Source: an uncultured Acholeplasmataceae bacterium
GTDB lineage: Bacteria; Bacillota_I; Bacilli_A; Acholeplasmatales; Acholeplasmataceae
DNA length: 51,587 nucleotides
Direction of reading: 5' to 3'
Assembly (NCBI GenBank): GCA_964603705.1
Contig: CAZRWC010000001.1
Span: 1-51,587, forward strand
Below the pieces are notes generated by a model. The model did not search any database. It was not told the DNA's origin and was given only the letters and a program-made list of their open reading frames with translations. The first letter of the stretch is position 1. Every line of letters starts with the position of its first letter. The translations under genes were made by a program, and so were the position numbers. Shown here piece after piece: positions 38,119-44,501 of the stretch.

Positions 38119-39366
38119 TTAGATTTTTTTAACTCTAATTAATTTTAGTTTTGCAAATCTTGGTAAACCATCCTCAAGGCTCGCTTTATCATCACCTTGA
38201 ATAAGCGGCCTAGCATAGTCGATGAATTCTTGAGTCATTCCTAGATTATTTGGTTTTATCCAATTTTTTGGAACGGTCTGTTCGGTATTGGCGACTTTTT
38301 CTAAAGGTATTAAAATATAATTTATCTTATAAGGGTTGTTGGAAACTCTTTTAAAAGCAACCATTTTATCAGTAGCTCCTTTAATAGCTTCTCTAACGGC
38401 TTTTTTACCAGCGTTAAAAGCTTCTCGAACATCAACTTTACTTGCTAAGTGAGCAGCACATCTTTGCATCAAGGAAAACTCTATTGCTCTAACTTTTACA
38501 CCAAATTGTTTTTTTACTTGTTCGGCTAAAATTTGGGCTGTTCCGCCTAACTGAGCGTGACCGAAAGCATCTTTATGCATATCGGTAAAGTGTTCTGGAA
38601 TATATTTACCTTCAGCATCTTTTACGCCTTCAGAAACAGCAATAATGGCTTTTCCTTTGCTATCAATCAAGTTTTTTACTGATTTAAAAAACTTATCATA
38701 ATCAAAAACTTCTTCAGGTAAATAAAGTAAATCAGGTCCTTGACCTTCCGCCATTGCAAGTGCACCAGCGGCTGTTAGCCAACCAGCATTTCTTCCCATG
38801 ATTTCAACAATTGTAACTTGCGGTGTATCATAAACAGTTGCATCGTGATATAACTCCATCAAAGTAGTAGCAACATATTTAGCAGCACTACCATAGCCTG
38901 GACAGTGGTCAGTTATATTTAAATCATTATCAATTGTTTTAGGAACACCAATAACGTTACAATCCCAATTACTGTCATGTAAAAACTTACTAATTTTATT
39001 GGCAGTATCCATTGAATCGTTTCCGCCGTTATAAAAGAAGTAACGAATATTATATTTTTTAAAAACTTCAACAATTCGTTTATAATCAGTATCATCAACA
39101 GCTGGATCTTTTAGTTTATAACGAACGCTTCCAATCATAGAAGCAGGAGTGTTTTTTAAGCGTTCTAACTCGGTTAAATCTTCTTTTCCAATATCATAAA
39201 ATTCTTCGTTTAAAACACCTTTAATTCCATGAACAGCACCATATACACCAGTTATTAGTTCTGGGTGTTTTAAAGCTTCTAAAAATACACCTGCAGCACT
39301 AGCATTTATAACACTTGTTGGTCCGCCTGATTGCCCTAGTAAGGCAACACCTTTTAAATTTTTCAT
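38119..39366 (-). CDS. pfp: Pyrophosphate-dependent 6-phosphofructokinase (PPi-PFK)
   Basis: About 415 aa from ATG 39366 (MKNLKGVALLGQSGGPTSVINA). It belongs to the PFK family and carries GGNDS (Asp at the position equivalent to E. coli PfkA Gly104) and VPKTIDNDL (Lys at the position of Gly124). Those two residues are the classical discriminators of PPi-dependent enzymes. Confidence 0.85.
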   Translation of the reverse strand: MKNLKGVALLGQSGGPTSVINASAAGVFLEALKHPELITGVYGAVHGIKGVLNEEFYDIGKEDLTELERLKNTPASMIGSVRYKLKDPAVDDTDYKRIVEVFKKYNIRYFFYNGGNDSMDTANKISKFLHDSNWDCNVIGVPKTIDNDLNITDHCPGYGSAAKYVATTLMELYHDATVYDTPQVTIVEIMGRNAGWLTAAGALAMAEGQGPDLLYLPEEVFDYDKFFKSVKNLIDSKGKAIIAVSEGVKDAEGKYIPEHFTDMHKDAFGHAQLGGTAQILAEQVKKQFGVKVRAIEFSLMQRCAAHLASKVDVREAFNAGKKAVREAIKGATDKMVAFKRVSNNPYKINYILIPLEKVANTEQTVPKNWIKPNNLGMTQEFIDYARPLIQGDDKASLEDGLPRFAKLKLIRVKKI

Positions 39367-39466
39367 CTCATCATTCCTTTCAATCAATAATAATTTTAAC
39401 ATAAAATAGTTTAAACTAAAAATATATTAGATATAAGTAATTATTTTTATATTTAATCTTTAAATA

Positions 39467-39475
39467 TGCTATAAT
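39467..39475 (+). promoter_or_regulatory. Extended -10 promoter element upstream of pfkA
   Basis: TGcTATAAT lies 22 nt upstream of the ATG at 39498. No convincing -35 box was seen. Confidence 0.35.
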
Positions 39476-39497
39476 AAAATTTAGATGGAGTGATATT

Positions 39498-40448
39498 ATG
39501 AGAATAGGTGTATTAACATCGGGCGGAGATGCTCCAGGCATGAACGCCGCTATTAGAGCAGTTGTTAGAACGGCTTTATATTACGGACATGACGTATATG
39601 GAATTAAAAATGGCTATCGTGGTTTAATTGAAAACGACATGGTTTTATTATTGCATGATGATGTTTCTGGTGGTTTAACAAAAGGTGGAACTTTTTTAGG
39701 TACAGCTAGAGTTGAAAACTTTCAGGAACAAGATATAAGAGAAATTGCTTATCGTAATTTACAAAAAAGAAAAATCAATGCTTTAATTGTAATTGGTGGT
39801 GACGGTTCTTATCGCGGTGCAATGGCTTTAGCAGAAATGGGTGTTAAGGTGGTTTGTATACCTGGCACAATCGATAATGATCTAGGTGGAACCGATAAAA
39901 CAATCGGTTTTAATACCGCTTTAAATACAATTGTAGAAGCGATAGATAAATTAAGGGATACATCAAGTTCTCATCAACGTTGTTCAATCATTGAAACAAT
40001 GGGTAGAAAAGCAGGCGATTTAGCGCTATATTCAGGTCTTTGTAGTGGAGCGGAATTTATCATTACTAATGACCACCCAGTTGATAAAAATTATTTAATT
40101 AATACTCTATCTGCTTGGCAAAAAGAAGGAAGAAGACAAGCTATCATCGTCGTTACCGAACATATGTTTGATGTATATGAATTAGCGAAAGAAATAAGTG
40201 AAAAATCTGGATTTTCAACCAGAGCTACTGTTTTAGGCTATATCCAAAGAGGCGGCACACCGGTTCCTGAAGATCGTATTTTAGCGACACAATTAGGCTC
40301 ATATGCAGTAACTTTAGTTAATGAAGGAATCTATGGTGTTGGTGTGGGAATTAGAAATAATAAATTAGTTCATAATAATTTAGAAGATATATTAAATGAT
40401 TTAGAACAACACCTTGACTTATATGATTTAATTTCCAAAGTATCATAA
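39498..40448 (+). CDS. pfkA: ATP-dependent 6-phosphofructokinase
   Basis: 316 aa with MRIGVLTSGGDAPGMNAAIRAVVR, IGGDGSYRGA (Gly104 type), IPGTIDNDL (Gly124 type), ETMGR and LGYIQRGG. Confidence 0.95.
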   Translation: MRIGVLTSGGDAPGMNAAIRAVVRTALYYGHDVYGIKNGYRGLIENDMVLLLHDDVSGGLTKGGTFLGTARVENFQEQDIREIAYRNLQKRKINALIVIGGDGSYRGAMALAEMGVKVVCIPGTIDNDLGGTDKTIGFNTALNTIVEAIDKLRDTSSSHQRCSIIETMGRKAGDLALYSGLCSGAEFIITNDHPVDKNYLINTLSAWQKEGRRQAIIVVTEHMFDVYELAKEISEKSGFSTRATVLGYIQRGGTPVPEDRILATQLGSYAVTLVNEGIYGVGVGIRNNKLVHNNLEDILNDLEQHLDLYDLISKVS

Positions 40449-40530
40449 TTATTTCTTTCAAAGCTATGTTACAAGACCTTTAATTGTACATAGATAAACA
40501 ACAAAAAATACAAATTTTTTAAGATAATAC

Positions 40531-40562
40531 AAAGAACACTTGATTTTGAGTGTTCTTTTTTG
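40531..40562 (+). terminator. Intrinsic terminator after pfkA
   Basis: aaagaacact-tgattttg-agtgttcttt is a 10-bp stem followed by a T-run. Confidence 0.75.
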
Positions 40563-40726
40563 GAAATGCCGAAGCACCACCAAGAGTGTACTTGGTAATT
40601 ATAAGATTAATTGCACAGATGACACAAAAAAATTAAAAAGAGATAGCCAATAATGTATGTACACGCTCGTGTTGATAGTATTTTTAATATATCTTCATAT
40701 ATAACTCGTTATATCTTGATAATAGG

Positions 40727-40755
40727 TTGAGTTAATAGTTAAATAATGCTATAAT
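40727..40755 (+). promoter_or_regulatory. Putative promoter of the SPFH-TIR cassette
   Basis: TTGAGT (40727-40732), a 17-nt spacer ending in TG, and TATAAT (40750-40755) lie 70 nt upstream of the ATG at 40825. Confidence 0.4.
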
Positions 40756-40824
40756 TTTATTATAAAGTTATAGTGTTTTTTTATTTTTTATAAAAGTCTA
40801 AAAATTAATACGGAGGAAAAAATA

Positions 40825-41959
40825 ATGAGTAAAGTTTTTAGTGTTATCAAATATGAGGGGGCTAACGATACATTTGTATGGAAATCTCCAATAGAAAACT
40901 TTAACACTGGGTCACAGTTAATTGTTCATGAGTCGCAAGAAGCCTTGTTTTTTTTAATGGACAAGCATTAGACCTTTTTGGTCCAGGAAGATATACTTTA
41001 GAGACACAAAACATTCCGCTACTTAGAAAAGCATTAAATAGAGCAACAGGTGATGAAACACCTTATACTTGTTCTATTTATTTTATTAATAAGGTAGAGC
41101 AAATGGCAATTAAATGGGGAACAGATAGCCAAGTTCATTATATTGATCCAACCTATAATTTCCCTTTATCAATTGGTGCATCCGGTGAAATGTCAATTCG
41201 TGTTGAAGATTCTAGAAAACTGATTTTAAAGTTAGTTGGAACTGAAAGAAATTTAACACAAGATTCTTTAACAAGAAAAATAAGGGCTTTTTTAATGGTC
41301 AAAATGAAACCACTTTTAGCAAGAACGATGCTAAAAGGTGAGGTTAGTATATTCGCAATAGAAAGTCAAATCGATATCTTATCAGAAGTAATACACGCAT
41401 CATTGTTAAATGATTTTAATGATTATGGTTTAGAATTGGAAAGATTTTTTATAATAAATATAGCAAGGCCGATGGTGAACGTACATTTGAAAAATTCAAA
41501 GATTTATATTATAGACAATACGGTGATGTAGCAGAAGCAAAATTAAGACAAGAAATAGGGCTGATTGATGAAACTACAGCAGCAAGAAGAAGAGTAATAG
41601 AAGCTGAATCAATTGCTGCTAAAAGAACTCTAGAGGGTTATACTTATCAAGATGAAAGAGGTTTTGATGTCGCTGAAAAAGTTGCTGAGAATGAAGGCGT
41701 AGGAACTATGGCAAGTACTGGAATTGGATTAGGGCTTGCCGCAGGAGTAGGTGTTGGAGTAGGCGGTAAAGTTGCAGGAATTACATCTGATGCTCTTGGA
41801 GTAACTTCAGGTAGTCCACAACCACAACCAGCACCAATTGACCCATTGGAAGCATTTAAACAAAAAGTAGAAAAACTAAAAATAATGAAAGAATCTGGTC
41901 TTATATCAGATGAAGAATTTGCAAAATTAAAACAAGAACTTTTAGCAAAAATATTATAA
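40825..41959 (+). pseudogene. SPFH/Band-7 (YdjI-like) protein with C-terminal SHOCT domain, disrupted by two single-base frameshifts
   Basis: Three consecutive frames read as one protein. Fragment 1 is MSKVFSVIKYEGANDTFVWKSPIENFNTGSQLIVHESQEALFF, with a stop at 40969-40971. Fragment 2 is NGQALDLFGPGRYTLETQNIPLL...MAIKWGTDSQVHYIDP...GLELERFFI, with a stop at 41529-41531. Fragment 3 is SKADGERTFEKFKDLYYRQYGDVAEAKLRQE...EGYTYQDERGFDVAEKVAENEGVG, then a Gly-rich linker, then a SHOCT-like ESGLISDEEFAKLKQELLAKIL. The first shift maps to the T8 run at 40948-40955. The second maps to 41423-41464, which contains the T6 run at 41445-41450. SD ggagg precedes the ATG at 40825. Confidence 0.8.
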
Positions 41960-41972
41960 GGAGAACTAAGAC

Positions 41973-42650
41973 ATGAAAATTAATAAAAACAAAACATTAT
42001 ATTTTATTGTAATAGCATTGTTAATTGGATTATTTAATCTAATAGCATTTTTAATACCATTTCCAAAAAGTGTTAGTTTTTGGGTAGGGTATGGTTTTAT
42101 TACTTTATCGGCCTTAATAAGTGCAGTTGTTTTATATTTCATATTTGACAAAAAAGATATGAAAAGCCGTTTTTATGGTGTTCCTTTAATATATATATTA
42201 AGGAGTTATATTGTTTTACAATTTATTTTAGGAATAGTTCAAATGGCTGTGCCAGCTTTTACTTATACATATGCAATAGTAGTAAATGCAGTAATATTAG
42301 TTTTTACTATTGTTGGATTGATTGGATTAACTGCGGGTAAAGAAGAAATAGAAAGAGTCGATGAAAAAGTTCAACAAAAAGTATTATATATTCAAGAAAT
42401 TCGAGTAAAGCTTGAAAGCGTAATCGATAATACAAAAAATAAAGAAGTATTAAAAGAATTAAATAAGCTAAAGGATTTAGTTAGATATAGTGATCCAATG
42501 AGTAATGAAAAAGTTGAATCACTTGAAGAAAAAATATTACAAAATGTAAATTTATTATCATCTTTGAAAGATGATGAAAAACCAGTTAAAATAAAAGAGA
42601 TAACAAAACAAGTAAATGAAAGAAATAGGCTTGTTAAAATATATAAATAG
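41973..42650 (+). CDS. Unknown membrane protein: four TM helices plus a ~100-aa charged coiled-coil tail
   Basis: 225 aa with SD ggag 9 nt upstream, starting 13 nt after the SPFH stop. There are four hydrophobic segments in aa ~8-125, then KEEIERVDEKVQQKVLYIQEIRVKLESV...; no recognisable family motif. Confidence 0.7.
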   Translation: MKINKNKTLYFIVIALLIGLFNLIAFLIPFPKSVSFWVGYGFITLSALISAVVLYFIFDKKDMKSRFYGVPLIYILRSYIVLQFILGIVQMAVPAFTYTYAIVVNAVILVFTIVGLIGLTAGKEEIERVDEKVQQKVLYIQEIRVKLESVIDNTKNKEVLKELNKLKDLVRYSDPMSNEKVESLEEKILQNVNLLSSLKDDEKPVKIKEITKQVNERNRLVKIYK

Positions 42651-42659
42651 AGGGATAAT

Positions 42660-44003
42660 ATGGCAATATATAAGTGTAAAGTATGTGCTGGTTCATTAAA
42701 TGTAAAAGATGACCAAACAACAGTAACCTGTGAATATTGTGGCACACAACAAGCATTACCAAAGTCTAATACCGATTTGATTCTTAATTTATATGATAGA
42801 GCAAATCATTTTAGAAGAAATAATGAATTTGATAAAGCGGAAAAAGTTTATCAACAAATATTAATTGAAGACCCGAGTGATGCTGAAGCCTACTGGTCTT
42901 TAGTTTTGTGTAATTATGGTATTGAATATGTAGAAGACCCTAAAACCAGAAAAAGAATACCAACAGTAAATAGAGCCCAATTCACTTCAATATTTAATGA
43001 TGAGAACTATAAAAAAGCATTAGAATATGGCGATGGTTATCAAAAAGACATTTTTGAATCGGAAGCAAAAGTTATTAATGAAATCCAAAAAGGGATTTTA
43101 TCGGTTTCTCAAAAAGAAGATCCGTATGACGTCTTTATTAGTTATAAAGAAACTGATGAACAAGGCAGAAGAACTAGAGATTCTGTTTTAGCTAACGACT
43201 TGTATCATCAACTGACTAAAGAAGGATTTAAAGTGTTCTTTTCAAGAATTACTTTAGAGTCAAAGCTAGGTATGGAATATGAACCATATATATTTGCGGC
43301 ATTAAATAGCGCGAAAGTTATGGTAGTATTAGGAACAAAGCGAGAATATTTTAATGCTGTTTGGGTGAAAAATGAATGGAGTAGGTTTTTAGCTGTAGTT
43401 AGGGATTCAAAAGGTGAAAAAATATTAATACCAGCATATAGAGATATGGATCCATATGACTTGCCGGAAGAATTTAGTCATTTACAATCTCAAGATATGA
43501 GTAAATTAGGATTTATGCAAGATTTAATTAGAGGAATTGAAAAAATAATTCCTAATTTGAAAAAAAATAAAAAAGATAACTCAAATAATAAAGATGACGA
43601 TTTAATGCTTAATGAATTTTACAAATCTGCTAATAATTATTTGAAAAAAAATAAAATTAAAAATGCAGTTATGATAAGAAATAAAATGTTATCCATCAAT
43701 CCAAATACGTCATATTTGTTTTTGTTAGATGAACATATAAATTTTCATATAGAAAAGTCAAAAGAGTTATTTAGGGATATTTTAAATTATGTATATAGGA
43801 CGCAATCATTGAGTATAAATTCTATACAAAACGAGTTTGATTTGGGTTTTGATGAGGTTGCTTTAATTATTCAAGATATGGAACAAGCTAGTATTATTAC
43901 TCCTAATTTGGGTGTAAAAGCAAGAAAAATAACATATTTGTATAGCATTGAAGAAATAGATAAGATGGTTGATATTTTAATTTCAAACAAAATAAAAGTT
44001 TGA
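42660..44003 (+). CDS. Zn-ribbon / TPR-like / TIR-domain protein with C-terminal FtsK-gamma-like winged helix
   Basis: 447 aa with SD agaggg, starting 9 nt after the previous stop. The N-terminus has CKVC...x16...CEYC (a zinc ribbon), then FDKAEKVYQQILIEDPSDAEAYWSLVLCNYGIEYVED (TPR-like). The TIR core is YDVFISYKETDEQGRRTRDSVLANDLYHQLTKEGFKVFFSRITLE...YEPYIFAALNSAKVMVVLGT...AVWVKNEWSRFL (about aa 155-290, candidate catalytic Glu239 at 43374-43376). A Lys/Asn-rich linker follows. The C-terminus ELFRDILNYVYRTQSLSINSIQNEFDLGFDEVALIIQDMEQASIITP aligns by eye with the E. coli FtsK gamma domain ([45 protein letters not shown]). Confidence 0.85.
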   Translation: MAIYKCKVCAGSLNVKDDQTTVTCEYCGTQQALPKSNTDLILNLYDRANHFRRNNEFDKAEKVYQQILIEDPSDAEAYWSLVLCNYGIEYVEDPKTRKRIPTVNRAQFTSIFNDENYKKALEYGDGYQKDIFESEAKVINEIQKGILSVSQKEDPYDVFISYKETDEQGRRTRDSVLANDLYHQLTKEGFKVFFSRITLESKLGMEYEPYIFAALNSAKVMVVLGTKREYFNAVWVKNEWSRFLAVVRDSKGEKILIPAYRDMDPYDLPEEFSHLQSQDMSKLGFMQDLIRGIEKIIPNLKKNKKDNSNNKDDDLMLNEFYKSANNYLKKNKIKNAVMIRNKMLSINPNTSYLFLLDEHINFHIEKSKELFRDILNYVYRTQSLSINSIQNEFDLGFDEVALIIQDMEQASIITPNLGVKARKITYLYSIEEIDKMVDILISNKIKV

Positions 44004-44218
44004 TGATTATTAAATATAGAATAATAAATCAAAAACAAGAGTACAGGTGTATAGATAAAAGGTCTTAATAAGATTTTAAGTCATAAAAAGAGCTATTTAA
44101 AATATTTGAAAAGATTTTTCTTTCTTTATTTGAATTATATTGTTAGCCAATATACTTAAAGATTTGCATAATGAAAATATTACTAGTGGTAGCAAGATAA
44201 ATTAATTGAAGTTCGATG

Positions 44219-44261
44219 TATAAATGATTAAATAAGACCCATTCTTATTTAATCATTTATA
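44219..44261. repeat. Perfect 19-bp inverted repeat (hairpin with a 5-nt loop) in the non-coding right flank of the cassette
   Basis: tataaatgattaaataaga-cccat-tcttatttaatcatttata, with all 19 pairs Watson-Crick and no T-run after it. Confidence 0.85.
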
Positions 44262-44501
44262 ATACTAATTAACTATAAACAAGTTAAACTTATTACTTGT
44301 TAAAGGCTGTATTCAATGATAAAATCATTATGAATAAAGAATGAAAAATTTAGCTATATATTTAAACAATAATATTAGATGCATTTTGTCGTTTTTGTTA
44401 ACCAATGAAAAATATTAATATGTTTCAAAGGCGAAAATAAAAAAAGCTGAATACTTTTAATAGTTGCATGTATTAGTTCTGCTATGAAAGTAGAGTGTTT
44501 T

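Larger units (their letters stand above)
40449..44501. other. Accessory-looking insert between pfkA and uvrB (three-gene SPFH / membrane / TIR cassette with long non-coding flanks)
   Basis: The only stretch of the window with long ORF-free flanks (376 bp on the left, about 500 bp on the right). It contains the only frameshifted gene and the only gene content unrelated to housekeeping. No integrase or transposase is present. Confidence 0.6.

Noticed and set aside
40563-40824. Mini-ORFs in the left flank of the cassette (for example MPKHHQECTW at 40566, and a 25-codon ORF from 40664)
   Set aside because: They have no SD and no recognisable sequence, and such short ORFs are expected by chance. 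They could be gene remnants, but this cannot be supported by eye.
41103-41959. ORFs 41103-41531 and 41708-41959 as independent genes
   Set aside because: Their translations continue one another and the upstream fragment 40825-40971 as a single SPFH-SHOCT protein. The internal Met codons have no SD. They are better explained as fragments of one frameshifted gene.
41966-42745. Minus-strand ORFs 41966-42151 and 42392-42745 inside the cassette
   Set aside because: They are antisense to the 4-TM gene and the start of the TIR gene, with no SD and shadow-frame composition. I considered an antisense antitoxin-like gene but found no supporting promoter or RBS.
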